Shown here one piece after another: positions 51,336 through 63,319 of a stretch of 64,000 nt of DNA. Every line of letters begins with the position of its first letter. Position 1 is the first letter of the stretch. Below the pieces are notes generated by a model. The model saw nothing but the letters and a program-made list of their open reading frames with translations, was not told the origin of the DNA and ran no database searches. This DNA is from Trueperaceae bacterium (GTDB taxonomy: Bacteria > Deinococcota > Deinococci > Deinococcales > Trueperaceae), in assembly GCA_034520945.1 (NCBI GenBank), contig JAXHNB010000006.1:832001-896000 (forward strand), read 5' to 3'. The position numbers were made by a program, and so were the translations under genes.

Positions 51336-52605
51336 CGAGGTCCCGCGTCATCTAGACGCCGCCTACGACGTGGTGGTCGTCGGCGGAGGGCCGGCCGGCA
51401 TGGCCGCCGCCCTGGGCGCCAAGGACGGGGGCGCGGAGCGCGTGTTGATCGTCGACCGGGAGCGCGAAGCGGGCGGCATCCTCACGCAGTGCATCCACCA
51501 CGGCTTCGGCGCGCACTGGTTCAAGGAGGAATTGACGGGGCCCGAGTACGCCCAGCGCTTCTTCGAGCAGGTTCTGGAGCACGACGTGGACGTACTCACC
51601 GATGCGTACGTGCTGGACGTCGACGCAGACCGGCGGGTGCGCTTGATGTCGCCCGAGCACGGGGTACGCACGGTCGAGGGGCGCGCTGCGGTGCTCGCGA
51701 TGGGCGCGCGCGAACGGACGCGGGGCGCCGTCCGCATCCCCGGTGACCGGCCCGCAGGCGTGATGACGGCCGGCTTCGCCCAGAAGCTCGTCAACATGGC
51801 GGGGTACCTTCCCGGCAAGCGCGTGGTGATCCTCGGCTCCGGCGACATCGGACTCATCATGGCGCGACGGATGGTGCTGGAGGGCGCCGAGGTGATGGGC
51901 GTGTTCGAGCTGCTGCCCCACGCCAACGGCCTGAACCGCAACATCGTGCAGTGCCTGTACGACTTCGACATTCCGTTGCACCTGTCGACGACCGTGGCGA
52001 GGATCCACGGCCGGGAGCGGGTGGAGAAGGTCACCGTTGCGCCGGTGGACGCCAACCTGAACGTGATCCCGGAGAGGGCGTGGGACGTTCCGTGCGACAC
52101 GCTGCTGGTGTCGATCGGCCTGATCCCCGAGAACGAACTGTCCCGGCACCTCCGGGTCCGTCTGGACCCCGTCACCGGCGGCCCGATCGTGACCAGCGCC
52201 ATGGAGACCTCCCGCGACGGCCTGTTCGCGTGCGGCAACGTGGTGCACGTCCACGACCTGGTCGACTTCGTGAGCCAGGAAGCGTTGCTGGCCGGTCGAA
52301 GCGCCGGCGCGTTCGCCAGCGGGGAGCGACCCCGCAGCGACAACGTGCGCCTGGTGCCCGGCGAGAACGTGCGCTATTGCGTGCCGCACACCATTTCCAC
52401 TGATCGCGAGCACACGGTGTACATGCGGGTCTCGAAACCGTTCGAGGCGTGTACGTTGCATCTGGGCGACGTGCATGCCAAGCCGCTCCGCTACGCCGTC
52501 CCCGGGGAGATGGTGACGCTGAAGGTACGCCCCCGCTTCCTGGAGAACTTCCACGGCGACACGCTCAAGATCGACGTCCTGCCCCGCGAAGGAGGTGCAC
52601 GGTGA
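51328..52605 (+). CDS. NAD(P)/FAD-dependent oxidoreductase (pyridine nucleotide-disulfide family)
   Basis: [48 protein letters not shown]. Confidence 0.88.
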
Positions 52606-52991
52606 GAGAGACCACGGAGTACCTATGCATCGGGTGCCCGCTGGGGTGCCGCCTCGAGGTCGACGAGGACGAGGACGGCGAGATCGTGGAGGTTCGCGGC
52701 TTCTCCTGCAAGCGCGGCAAGCAGTTCGCTCTTCAGGAGCACACCCAACCGGTGCGGTCCGTCGCCACCACGGTCCATGTGAAGGGGGGCGCGTGGCCGC
52801 GACTGCCCGTCCGGACGACCGATCCGATCCCGAAGGACCGGGTGGCGGCCTTGTGTGACGCGCTTCATGGGGTCACGCTGCACGCCCCCGTCCAGATGGG
52901 CCAGGTGGTGCTCGACGGACCGGACGGCACCGTGGTCGCGAGCCGGGACATGCCCGCCGCGGCGGAGGCGGGCGCCCAAGTGGGCGCCTGA
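52602..52991 (+). CDS. DUF1667-family small CxxC protein
   Basis: [15 protein letters not shown]...TTV, LPVRT..PIP; GTGA overlap with the previous gene. Confidence 0.85.
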   Translation: MRETTEYLCIGCPLGCRLEVDEDEDGEIVEVRGFSCKRGKQFALQEHTQPVRSVATTVHVKGGAWPRLPVRTTDPIPKDRVAALCDALHGVTLHAPVQMGQVVLDGPDGTVVASRDMPAAAEAGAQVGA

Positions 52992-53051
52992 ACGCGGAAC
53001 CGGGCGTTCCGGGCGACAGGTGCGCGACGGGCCGTCGCGGTACGCTCCGGC

Positions 53052-54659
53052 GTGATCGATTCCGCCACGGAGGCGCACCCCTCGTTCCTGGATCGGTACC
53101 GCGCTGGGGCGTTGAACGCCTTCTACGGAAGGCCCGCCGGCGACCTGGCGGCCGGCCTGAACCGTCCGCCCGTCGACGATCCGGCGGGCCTCGCCGAGGC
53201 CTTGCGGGTGCAGGCACGGGCTCGGGGCGACCGTCCTGCCCAGCTTGCCGCGATCGATCGCCTGCGGGAGCCGGGCGCGCGGGCGATCGTGACCGGGCAG
53301 CAGGCCGGCCTGCTGCTGGGCCCGATGTACACGCTCAGCAAGGCGATCACGGCCGTTCGCCTGGCGCAACGCCTGGACGCCCCCCGACGCCCCGTGGTGC
53401 CGGTGTTCTGGGTGGCGTCTCAGGATCATGACAGCGCCGAAATCGATCACGCCTGGCTGATGGACGCAGGCGAGGAATGGCAGCGCCTGTCGCTGCCGTT
53501 CCCGCCCGATCTGCCCTCGGGCCGCACGGCCTGGCAGCCTGGCTGGACGGAGTCGCTGGTCCAGGGTCTGGATGCGCTGGGCGTGGCCGGGGCGGGCGCC
53601 GACGCGGCACGTACGCTGGTTCGCGAGGCGTGCGCGTCGGCCGACAGCGTGGCGGACGTGTTCGCGCGCATGTTGTCCCGACTGCTGGGCGACGACGGAC
53701 TGGTGGTGCTGGATCCGGTGCGCCCCGAGATGGCGCGCCGATTCGCACCGGTGCTGGGTGCGGAGTTGCGCGATCCGCGCGCCAGCACGGCGTCCATCCG
53801 TCGTGCGGGGGAGGCGCTCCGTGCGGAGGGGATCAAGCCGCAGCTCGGACGCGGGGAGGACGCCACCAATCTTTTCGTGCAGCAGGAGGGGGGCCCGCGT
53901 CAGTCGTTGCGCTTCGACGGGCGGCGGTTCCATCCCGACGGGCACCCGGAGGTCCGCTGGACGGCGGCCGACCTCGAGGCGCGCCTGGCGGACGATCCCG
54001 CCGCGATCACCCCGGCGGCGGGCCTACGGCCGATCGTGCAGGATGCGGCGCTGCCCACCGCGGCGGTGGTGGTGGGTCCGGGCGAGTTGCGCTACTTCGC
54101 CCAGTTGCGGGGCGTGTACCAGCACCACGAGGTGGCCATGCCGACGGTGTGGCCACGGGCGGAGGCCACGGTGCTCACGCCGCCGGTGGTGCGGCTGTTG
54201 GACCGGCACGGCCTCACCGCGCAGCGCTTCATGTCGGACCCGGACGAGGCGCTGCGTGCGCGCCTGCTGACGCTCCATGGGCACCACCAGCGGTTCGCCT
54301 CGGCTCATGCCCGGCTGGAGGAGGAGATGGCCACGATGTTGCACGACGTCGAGGCGATCGACCCCACCCTGCACGGGCCGGTTCGGCGCGGCCGGGGCGT
54401 GCTGGACCACACCGTGACGCGCCTTCGGAACAAGACGGCCGACGCCCTGAGCCGACGCGACCGCGTCACGACGAGGCAGTTCGCCCGTCTGCGGACGCAC
54501 CTTTTGCCGCAGGACCAGCCGCAGGAGCGGGTGGCGTCGCCGTTCTCGTTCTTCGCGTGGTTCGGCGTGGCGCCCATGATGGCGCGGCTCCGCGGCCTCG
54601 AGCCCGAAGGGGCCCAGGGGGTCACGGTCGACCCGCACGACCCGCCGCCGGACGGGTGA
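53052..54659 (+). CDS. bshC: Bacillithiol biosynthesis cysteine-adding enzyme
   Basis: VTGQQAGL..GP.Y...KA, VPVFW.ASQDHD..E, LRP..QD, GPGE..Y, QER. Confidence 0.93.
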   Translation: MIDSATEAHPSFLDRYRAGALNAFYGRPAGDLAAGLNRPPVDDPAGLAEALRVQARARGDRPAQLAAIDRLREPGARAIVTGQQAGLLLGPMYTLSKAITAVRLAQRLDAPRRPVVPVFWVASQDHDSAEIDHAWLMDAGEEWQRLSLPFPPDLPSGRTAWQPGWTESLVQGLDALGVAGAGADAARTLVREACASADSVADVFARMLSRLLGDDGLVVLDPVRPEMARRFAPVLGAELRDPRASTASIRRAGEALRAEGIKPQLGRGEDATNLFVQQEGGPRQSLRFDGRRFHPDGHPEVRWTAADLEARLADDPAAITPAAGLRPIVQDAALPTAAVVVGPGELRYFAQLRGVYQHHEVAMPTVWPRAEATVLTPPVVRLLDRHGLTAQRFMSDPDEALRARLLTLHGHHQRFASAHARLEEEMATMLHDVEAIDPTLHGPVRRGRGVLDHTVTRLRNKTADALSRRDRVTTRQFARLRTHLLPQDQPQERVASPFSFFAWFGVAPMMARLRGLEPEGAQGVTVDPHDPPPDG

Positions 54660-54677
54660 GGGGCGCAGGCGCGGGCG

Positions 54678-56240
<1,563 letters not shown>

Positions 56241-56651
56241 TCAGGGGGCGTCGCGTGGTCCCTCCGCCGCGTGCGGAGCCAGCGCGTCCGACCACGCGAC
56301 CGGAAGCCGGACCGCGCGTCCACGCCGGTCTGTCGGCACGTGCTCGCTGAGGGCGGACGCGACGGGCGTGTCGTCCTCGAGGCGGATGTCGTATTCGAAG
56401 CGGGCGTAGCGGCTTCGCAGGCGCGTCATGGCACAGTCGATCCGCACCAGATCGTCGAAGTGCGCGGCGTGGCGGTAGCGGACGTCGATCCGCGACACCG
56501 CCATCGACACGCCCGACGCCTCGAGGGCCGCGTACGACAGGCCCAACGTGCGCATCCACTCCACCCGCGCGACCTCCATCCACACCACGTAGGCGCCGTG
56601 GTGGGCCACGCCCATCTGGTCGGTCTCGGCGAAGCGCACGCGCAGGGTCAT
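56241..56651 (-). CDS. Acyl-CoA thioesterase (YbgC/4HBT family)
   Basis: VRFAETDQMGVAHH..Y..W.E.AR. Confidence 0.9.
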   Translation of the reverse strand: MTLRVRFAETDQMGVAHHGAYVVWMEVARVEWMRTLGLSYAALEASGVSMAVSRIDVRYRHAAHFDDLVRIDCAMTRLRSRYARFEYDIRLEDDTPVASALSEHVPTDRRGRAVRLPVAWSDALAPHAAEGPRDAP

Positions 56652-57691
56652 GTCTCAGAGGCTAGCAGCCGTTCCTCGCGCAAGCGCTGGATGACGGCCC
56701 TGTCGACGCGGGACATGGGCAGGTCTTGCAGGTCGCGCGGGTGGACCCAGGCGCACCGGTCGGACCGGTCGCCGCCGTCGCGCTGCGCGGGGTCGGGCGG
56801 TGCGTGCACCACGACGGGAACCAGCTCCAGCCGGAAGTGGCTGTACACATGGCGTACCGTCGCCAGGCGCCGCCCGTCCGGTTCGAGGTCCTGCTGTGGG
56901 GGGCCCCACAGGCCCCCGAGCAGCCCGTCGGCGGAACGCCGGACCAGGTACAGGTGCCCGCCGTCGAGGTGCAGCCGCGCGAAGCGGCGGCGCGTCGGCA
57001 CGGCGGCGCGTGCGCGAGGGGTTGGATACGCCTCGGGCGTGCCGCTGGCGTGTCCCCGGCAGATGGCCGCCAGGGGGCAACGCCCGCAGGCCGGTGTGCT
57101 CGGGCCGCACACGGTCGCGCCCAGCTCGATCAGCGCCTCCGCCCCTCGGCCGGAACGCGTCCGGGGGAGGAGGGTCGCCAGCTCGCGCCGAAGATCGGCG
57201 TCCCGAGGGGCTTCCTGGGCCAGCAGGCGGGCGCCGACGCGGCGCACGTTGCCGTCGACGGCGACCGTCGGCGCGTCGAACGCCATCGCGCAGACGGCGG
57301 CGGCGGTGTAGGGACCGACGCCAGGCAAGGCCCGCCATCCCTCTTCGGATCTTGGAAACACGCCGCCGTGATCGAAGACGATGCGGCGGGCGGCGCGATG
57401 CAGCATGCGGGCGCGCCGGTAGTAGCCGAGGCCCTCCCAGTACCGGAGCACCTCGGCTTCCTCCGCGGCGGCCAGGGACGTCACGTCGGGGAAGCGTGCC
57501 ATCCAGCTCGGGTAGTACGCCGCGGCGGTGGCGGCCCGCGTCTGTTGCAGCATGATTTCGGCGACCCAGGCCGCGTAGGGGCGCCGGTCCCGGCGCCATG
57601 GCAGCGGGCGCGCGTTCGCCTCGAACCAGGCGATCAGCTCGGAGCCCGCCTGCGCGATGGCGTGGGGCGGTGGGGGGGCACGGTCCGGCAC
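56648..57691 (-). CDS. mutY: A/G-specific adenine glycosylase
   Basis: R.LPWR, EIMLQQT, W.GLGYY.RAR, LPGVGPYTA, VDGNV, C-X6-C-X2-C-X5-C; TATCGT 7 nt before the GTG. Confidence 0.93.
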   Translation of the reverse strand: MPDRAPPPPHAIAQAGSELIAWFEANARPLPWRRDRRPYAAWVAEIMLQQTRAATAAAYYPSWMARFPDVTSLAAAEEAEVLRYWEGLGYYRRARMLHRAARRIVFDHGGVFPRSEEGWRALPGVGPYTAAAVCAMAFDAPTVAVDGNVRRVGARLLAQEAPRDADLRRELATLLPRTRSGRGAEALIELGATVCGPSTPACGRCPLAAICRGHASGTPEAYPTPRARAAVPTRRRFARLHLDGGHLYLVRRSADGLLGGLWGPPQQDLEPDGRRLATVRHVYSHFRLELVPVVVHAPPDPAQRDGGDRSDRCAWVHPRDLQDLPMSRVDRAVIQRLREERLLASET

Positions 57692-57866
57692 GGCCCCGAC
57701 GATATCGCGCCCCCCGTCGCGGACGGTACGGTTTCGACTCGAAAGCGTTGTGCGTGGTCGGCCGGCATCCCCGCTGGGTGCATGCGCAGGGCGGGGGTGG
57801 TTCGTGCGGCCGACGCCGCCCGACCACCGACGAATCGAATCCCTTATATGTGCGTCAGGGACGGGG

Positions 57867-57896
57867 TTGACGCCGCTCACGCCGAAGGCGTACCAT
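57867..57896 (+). promoter_or_regulatory. Promoter of the lysW operon
   Basis: TTGACG, 18-nt spacer, TACCAT. Confidence 0.65.
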
Positions 57897-58033
57897 CGCG
57901 TTCGTGCCATTGGGGGCACCGAAGGCCGCAGCGCGGCCGTCCCCCTTCGCAGCAGCAATCTTACGAATCGAAATGCAGCGTGCCGGGCGCGGTACGCGGC
58001 GTGCCGGCCCCGGACCGGCGGAAAGGACGAAGC

Positions 58034-58201
58034 ATGATGCAACAACTCGCCACCCCCTACGGAACGTTGGACATCGATCCCCGCTCGCTCGAACTCGGCG
58101 AACTGGTCGTCAGCGACGAAGGGGTCGAGCTCGAAGTGGTGTCGCTGGACCCGCTGCACTTCGAGGTCGCCCCCGACGAGGTCGAGGACTGGGGCGAGTG
58201 A
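58034..58201 (+). CDS. lysW: Amino-group carrier protein LysW
   Basis: 55 aa, acidic, GELV...[10 protein letters not shown]-terminal EDWGE; AAGGA SD. Confidence 0.95.
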   Translation: MMQQLATPYGTLDIDPRSLELGELVVSDEGVELEVVSLDPLHFEVAPDEVEDWGE

Positions 58202-59064
58202 CGGCCGGCGGCGACGGGGGTCCGCGCACCGTCGCCGTGGTGTACGACCGCCTCCGGCCGGAGGAACGCCTCCTGTTCGATGCGCTGGACGGCGCGGGCC
58301 TCTCCGTGTCGCGCCTGTACGCCAACGATCTGGCCTGGCGCAGCGACGCGGCGATGGCCCGCGCCGACGTGGTGCTGCTTCGCACGCTGTCGCAGGCGCG
58401 CACCTTGGCGATCGCCCGCATGTTCGAGGCGGAGGGCCTGCCGGTGGTGAACGCCGCGAAGGTGGTCGAGACCTGCGGCGACAAGGCCGCCACCAGCGCC
58501 GCGCTGAAGGCCGCGGGCGTGCCGCAACCGCGAAGCGGCGTCGCCTTCGGCCGGGAGGCGGTGCTCGCCTTGTGCGACGCGTTCGGGTGGCCCGTGGTGA
58601 TCAAGCCGGTGGTGGGCAGTTGGGGGCGGATGGTGTCGCGGCTGTCCGATGCCGACGCCGTCGATGCGGTGCTGGAGCACAAGCGCGTGTTGGGGGGGCC
58701 GTCGCATCAGGTGTTCTACGTGCAGGAGCACGTCGACAAGCCGGGGCGCGACATCCGGGCCTTCGTGCTCGGCGACCGCGTGGTGGCGGCCATCACGCGC
58801 GAGAGCGATCACTGGATCACCAATACGGCCCGGGGCGCCCAAGCTCGCGGCCGCGAGGTCGACGATGCGCTGGCCCGTGTGGCCCAAGGCGCCGCCCGCG
58901 CGGTCGGTGGGGGCGCGTTGGCCGTCGACCTGGTCGAGTCGTCCCGGGGCCTGCTGGTGGTGGAGGTGAATCACACCATGGAGTTCCGCAATTCGATCGA
59001 GCCGACCGGCGTGGACCTGCCGGCGCGCATCGCGGCGTGGATTCGGGACGAGGTCGCGGCGTGA
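58198..59064 (+). CDS. lysX: Alpha-aminoadipate--LysW ligase (ATP-grasp)
   Basis: [15 protein letters not shown]...[26 protein letters not shown]. Confidence 0.93.
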   Translation: MTAGGDGGPRTVAVVYDRLRPEERLLFDALDGAGLSVSRLYANDLAWRSDAAMARADVVLLRTLSQARTLAIARMFEAEGLPVVNAAKVVETCGDKAATSAALKAAGVPQPRSGVAFGREAVLALCDAFGWPVVIKPVVGSWGRMVSRLSDADAVDAVLEHKRVLGGPSHQVFYVQEHVDKPGRDIRAFVLGDRVVAAITRESDHWITNTARGAQARGREVDDALARVAQGAARAVGGGALAVDLVESSRGLLVVEVNHTMEFRNSIEPTGVDLPARIAAWIRDEVAA

Positions 59065-60107
59065 GTGCCGCAGCGCCGCTTCGGGTCGCGATCGCGGGGG
59101 GATCCGGCTACGCCGGCGGCGAGTTCCTGCGCTTGGCGCTGTTCCACCCCGACCTCGAGGTGACGCAGGTGACCAGCGAGCGGCAGGCCGGGCGGCCCGT
59201 GTCCATGGTGCACCCCAACCTCCGTTCCGTCACCCGCGCGCGTTTCGTGCGGTCGGCGGGGTTAGAGGAGGCCGACGTCCTCGTGTCGGCCCTTCCCCAC
59301 GGGGCGTTCGTGGAGCGCGTGGACGAATTCGCCGCCCTGGCGCCCCGCCTGATCGACCTGTCGTCCGACATGCGTCTTCGCGACCCCGAGGCCTACCAGC
59401 ACGCCTACGGACGTCCCCACCCGCGCCCAAACCTGCTGGGGAGCTTCGTGTACGGCGTGCCGGAGTTGAGCCGCGAGGCGCTGCCCGGCGCGACCCGCAT
59501 CGCCGGCGCTGGGTGCCTGGCCACCGCCGGCGCGCTGGCCACCTGGCCGTTGGTGCGCCACGGCTTGCTGGCGCGACGCGACGTGATCATCGACGCCAAG
59601 ATCGGGTCGTCCGCTGCCGGAGCCAAGTCCGGGCCGGCCGGGCATCACCCCGAGCGCGCCGGTGCGGTCCGCACCTACGCGCCGACCGGACACCGTCACC
59701 AGCGCGAGATCGAACAGGTGCTGGGCGGGGGCGTGAACGTCCACCTGAGCGCGACGGCCATCGAGCGCGTCCGCGGCGTTCTCGCGGCGGTACACGGCTT
59801 CATCCCGGACGGAACCTCCGAGCGGGACGTGCTGGCCGCGTTTCAGGACGCCTACGAGGATGCGCCGTTCGTGCGGATCGTCCAGGCTCGGCGCGGCATT
59901 CACCGTGTGCCCGACCCGAAGATCCTGGACGGCACCAACTGGTGCGACGTCGGCTTCGAGCTGGACGCGGCGACGGGGCGGGTGGTGGTGATGAGCGCGA
60001 TCGACAACCTGGTCAAGGGCACCGCCGGCCAGGCGCTGCAGGCCTTGAACCTGGCCATGGGTTGGGACGAGACGCTGGGCCTGGCGTTCCCGGGATTGCA
60101 CCCGTGA
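59061..60107 (+). CDS. lysY: LysW-gamma-AAA-phosphate reductase (ArgC homolog)
   Basis: [39 protein letters not shown]. Confidence 0.92.
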   Translation: MSAAAPLRVAIAGGSGYAGGEFLRLALFHPDLEVTQVTSERQAGRPVSMVHPNLRSVTRARFVRSAGLEEADVLVSALPHGAFVERVDEFAALAPRLIDLSSDMRLRDPEAYQHAYGRPHPRPNLLGSFVYGVPELSREALPGATRIAGAGCLATAGALATWPLVRHGLLARRDVIIDAKIGSSAAGAKSGPAGHHPERAGAVRTYAPTGHRHQREIEQVLGGGVNVHLSATAIERVRGVLAAVHGFIPDGTSERDVLAAFQDAYEDAPFVRIVQARRGIHRVPDPKILDGTNWCDVGFELDAATGRVVVMSAIDNLVKGTAGQALQALNLAMGWDETLGLAFPGLHP

Positions 60108-60973
60108 TCGTCGTCAAGGTCGGCGGGGGCAGCGGCATCGATGTCGGCGCCGTGTGCGACGACGTGGCCGCCATGTGGAACGAGGGGCGCGAGGTCGTGA
60201 TGCTGCACGGCGCCAGCGATGAGACGAACCGGGTCGCCGAGGCGCTCGGGCACCCGCCGCGCTTCGTCACCAGCCCCAGCGGGCACGAGAGCCGGTTCAC
60301 CGACCGCCACACGCTCGAGATCTTCGAAATGGTGTACTGCGGGCGGGCCAACAAGGCCATCGTGGAACGCCTGCAACTCGCGGGCGTGAACGCCGTCGGC
60401 CTGTCCGGCATCGACGGACGGCTGTTCGAGGGGCGCCGCAAGTCGACGGTCCGCGCCGTCGAGAACGGCAAGACCAAGCTGTTGCGGGGTGACTGGACCG
60501 GCACGGTCGAGCGCGTGAACGCGCAATTGCTGCGCCTGCTGCTGGCGGAGGCGTACCTGCCGGTGCTGTCGCCGCCGGGATGGAGCGCCGAGGGCGCGAT
60601 CAACGTGGACGGCGACCGCGCGGCCGCCGCGGTGGCGCAGGCGCTGGGCGCGGAGGCGCTGGTGGTGCTCTCCAACGTGCCCGGTCTGTTGCGCGACCCC
60701 GCGGATGAGACCACCTGCGTGCCGTGGGTCGATGCGGACGCCGCCTCGGAGGCCGCGGGCTTCGCACGTGGGAGGATGAAGCGCAAGGTGCTCGCCGCGA
60801 CCGACGCCGTCGCCGGCGGTGTGCACCGCGCCGTGCTGGCCGACGCGCGCCTCGACGCGCCCGTCCGTGCCGCGCTGAGAGGCCACGGCACGGTCGTGTC
60901 GCGTGGTCCCCGCCCCCCCGCCCCCGGCCCTGGCGCGCCGGGTGCGCCCCCCTCGCCCGAGGAGGCCTCATGA
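60104..60973 (+). CDS. lysZ: LysW-gamma-AAA kinase (ArgB homolog)
   Basis: VVKVGG, HG.S, SPSG..SRFTD, NVDGDR, M..K. Confidence 0.92.
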   Translation: MIVVKVGGGSGIDVGAVCDDVAAMWNEGREVVMLHGASDETNRVAEALGHPPRFVTSPSGHESRFTDRHTLEIFEMVYCGRANKAIVERLQLAGVNAVGLSGIDGRLFEGRRKSTVRAVENGKTKLLRGDWTGTVERVNAQLLRLLLAEAYLPVLSPPGWSAEGAINVDGDRAAAAVAQALGAEALVVLSNVPGLLRDPADETTCVPWVDADAASEAAGFARGRMKRKVLAATDAVAGGVHRAVLADARLDAPVRAALRGHGTVVSRGPRPPAPGPGAPGAPPSPEEAS

Positions 60974-62178
60974 GCTTCGAAGAGCCCCACGCTTCTCGCA
61001 CCGCTTCGATCCTGGAACGCGACGCGCGTCGCAACTCGGGCCTGTGGTCGCCGTCCGCGGCGTTCGTCCGCGGCGAAGGCGTCCGGCTCTACGACGCGGA
61101 TGGGAACACCTACCTGGACCTGATGGCCGGCATCGCCGTCGCCTCGCTCGGGCACGCCCACCCCGACCTGACGCGCGCCATCTGCGAGCAGGCGGGCCGG
61201 CTGACCGTCTCCCCGCAGAATCTCGCCAACGACGTACGGACCGACTTCCTGGAGGCGCTGTTCGAACTGGCGCCCGCGCCGCTGGCGCGCGCGTTCCTGT
61301 GCAGCTCCGGCTCCGAAGCCAACGAGGCGGCCATCAAGTGGGCCCGCACCGCCACCGGCCGGACGCGGTTCGTGGCGTTCAAGCGGGGGTTCTCCGGCCG
61401 GACGCTGGGGGCGTTGCCGCTCACCTGGACCAAGGCGTACCGCGAGCCGTTCGAACCGCTGGCCACCCAGGTCGACTTCGTTCCCTACGGAGACGCGGCC
61501 GCCCTGGAGGAGGCCGTGGGCGACGAGACGGCCGCCGTGCTGATGGAGCCGGTGCAGGGCGAGGGCGGCATCCATCCCGCCGACGAGCAGGTGGTGCAGG
61601 CCGCGCGGCGCGTGACGCGCGAACGCGGCGCGCTGCTGATCTTCGACGAGATCCAGTCGGGGGCGGGCCGGACCGGGCGCTTCCTGGCGCACGAGCATTT
61701 CGGGGTCGAGGCGGACGCCGTCACCATGGCCAAAGGCCTGGGGGGCGGCGTGCCGATCGGGGCGCTGCTGATGTCCGAAGAGGTGGCCCGCAGCATGCCC
61801 AAGGGCGGGCACGGGACGACGTTCGGTGGCAATCCCCTGGCGTCCGCAGCGGGGCTGGCCGTCGTGAACGCGCTGAAGGGCGGCCTGCTGGCGCACGTGC
61901 GCGAGGTGGGGGAACATTTCCGCGACGGGCTGGACCGGCTCGCAGGCGAGGAGCCGCGCATTCGCGAGGTGCGTGGCATGGGCCTCATGCTCGGCGTCGA
62001 GCTGAAGGAGAAGGTCGCGCCGTTGTTGGACGCATTGCGCGCGCGCGGCGTGCTGGCGATCAACGCCGGCCCCACGGTCCTGCGGCTGGTGCCGCCGCTG
62101 GTGATCACGCGTGGTGAGGTCGACGAGGCGCTGGAGGCGTTGCGCGGGGCGCTGGCCGACAGCGCCGGAACGGCGTAG
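60970..62178 (+). CDS. lysJ: LysW-AAA-semialdehyde transaminase (ArgD homolog)
   Basis: SGSEANE, FSGRT.G, EPVQGEGG, DEIQSG.GRTG, AKG, HGTTFGGNP. Confidence 0.92.
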   Translation: MSFEEPHASRTASILERDARRNSGLWSPSAAFVRGEGVRLYDADGNTYLDLMAGIAVASLGHAHPDLTRAICEQAGRLTVSPQNLANDVRTDFLEALFELAPAPLARAFLCSSGSEANEAAIKWARTATGRTRFVAFKRGFSGRTLGALPLTWTKAYREPFEPLATQVDFVPYGDAAALEEAVGDETAAVLMEPVQGEGGIHPADEQVVQAARRVTRERGALLIFDEIQSGAGRTGRFLAHEHFGVEADAVTMAKGLGGGVPIGALLMSEEVARSMPKGGHGTTFGGNPLASAAGLAVVNALKGGLLAHVREVGEHFRDGLDRLAGEEPRIREVRGMGLMLGVELKEKVAPLLDALRARGVLAINAGPTVLRLVPPLVITRGEVDEALEALRGALADSAGTA

Positions 62179-62187
62179 GGGGTCGCG

Positions 62188-63309
62188 ACGCACGACCTGT
62201 TGACCCGCTTCGTCGCCACGCCCACCCTCTCCGGCGAAGAGCAGGAGGGGGTGGCGTTGCTGGCCTCCGAGCTCGCCGGCGCGTTCGCTGCCCTGTGGGT
62301 CGACGACGCCGGCAACCTCGTCGCCCGGCAGGGGGAGGGCGCGGTCGCCGTCACGTTCCTGGGGCACGTCGACACCGTGCCCGGCCAGATCCCCGTGGAG
62401 GTCGTGGACGGCGTGCTGCACGGCCGGGGTGCGGTGGACGCCAAGGGACCCCTCTGTGCCGCGTTGGCCGCCGCCGCGAAGCTAGGCGATGCGGCCCGCA
62501 GCGCATTGACGGTCCGCGTGGTGGGCGCCGTGGGGGAGGAGGCGCCCGGCAGCGTCGGAGCGCGCCACGCCGCGGCCACGCTGCCGGCGCCCGACCTGCT
62601 GATCGTGTGCGAACCGTCCGGGTGGGACGGGGTGACATTGGGCTACAAGGGCCGGCTCGGCGTCGAGCTGACCTGCGAACGCCCGGGGGCGCACAGCGCC
62701 GGACCGGAGGCCAACGCGAGCGACCGTGTCGTCGAGGCGTATCATCGCATTCGGGCGCGCCTTTCGTCCGAGGAGGACGTGCCCGCCGCGCCGGGCGCGT
62801 TCGACCGCGTGCAGGTGGCGTTGCTCGACATCGTCGGCGGCTCGGACGGGATGCGCGACGCCTGCCGCGCGCGCGTCGGCATTCGCTTGCCACCGGCCCT
62901 CCCGCCCGACGCGGCCTGGGCGCGGATCGAGGCCAGCGAGCGTCCGGGTGGCGTGCGCGTGGAGCGGGGCGAGTCCGTCCCGGCCGTACGCGGGCCTCGG
63001 GACACGCCGTTGGTGAGGGCGTTCCGGCGCGCGATACGCGCGGCCGGCGGTCGCGCGCGCACCTCGGTCAAGACCGGGACCGCCGACATGAACGTGGTGG
63101 CGGACGCGTGGCCCGTGCCCATGGTGGCGTACGGACCCGGCGACGCAGCGTTGGACCACACGCCGCACGAACGCCTGGACCTACGCGAGTTCGACGCGTC
63201 CGTGGGGGTGTTACGTGACGTACTGGACGGCCTGGCCCGCGGCACCCACGGTGGAGGGACCGCGAGCACGGCACGTCGCCGCGACAACGGGCCGTCGCGA
63301 CAAGGCTAG
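62188..63309 (+). CDS. lysK: LysW-lysine hydrolase (M20 family); start codon uncertain (ACG 62188, CTG 62197, TTG 62200, or readthrough from lysJ)
   Basis: LGHVDTVPG, GRGAVDAKG, GEE, EPS, GYKG, H, KTGT.DMN, YGPGD..LDHTP.E. Confidence 0.88.
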   Translation, partial: THDLLTRFVATPTLSGEEQEGVALLASELAGAFAALWVDDAGNLVARQGEGAVAVTFLGHVDTVPGQIPVEVVDGVLHGRGAVDAKGPLCAALAAAAKLGDAARSALTVRVVGAVGEEAPGSVGARHAAATLPAPDLLIVCEPSGWDGVTLGYKGRLGVELTCERPGAHSAGPEANASDRVVEAYHRIRARLSSEEDVPAAPGAFDRVQVALLDIVGGSDGMRDACRARVGIRLPPALPPDAAWARIEASERPGGVRVERGESVPAVRGPRDTPLVRAFRRAIRAAGGRARTSVKTGTADMNVVADAWPVPMVAYGPGDAALDHTPHERLDLREFDASVGVLRDVLDGLARGTHGGGTASTARRRDNGPSRQG

Positions 63310-63319
63310 CAACGCGGAG

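Noticed and set aside
62176..62178. Pyrrolysine decoding of the lysJ TAG
   Set aside because: No pyl genes in the window, and TAG serves as a normal stop for several other genes here.
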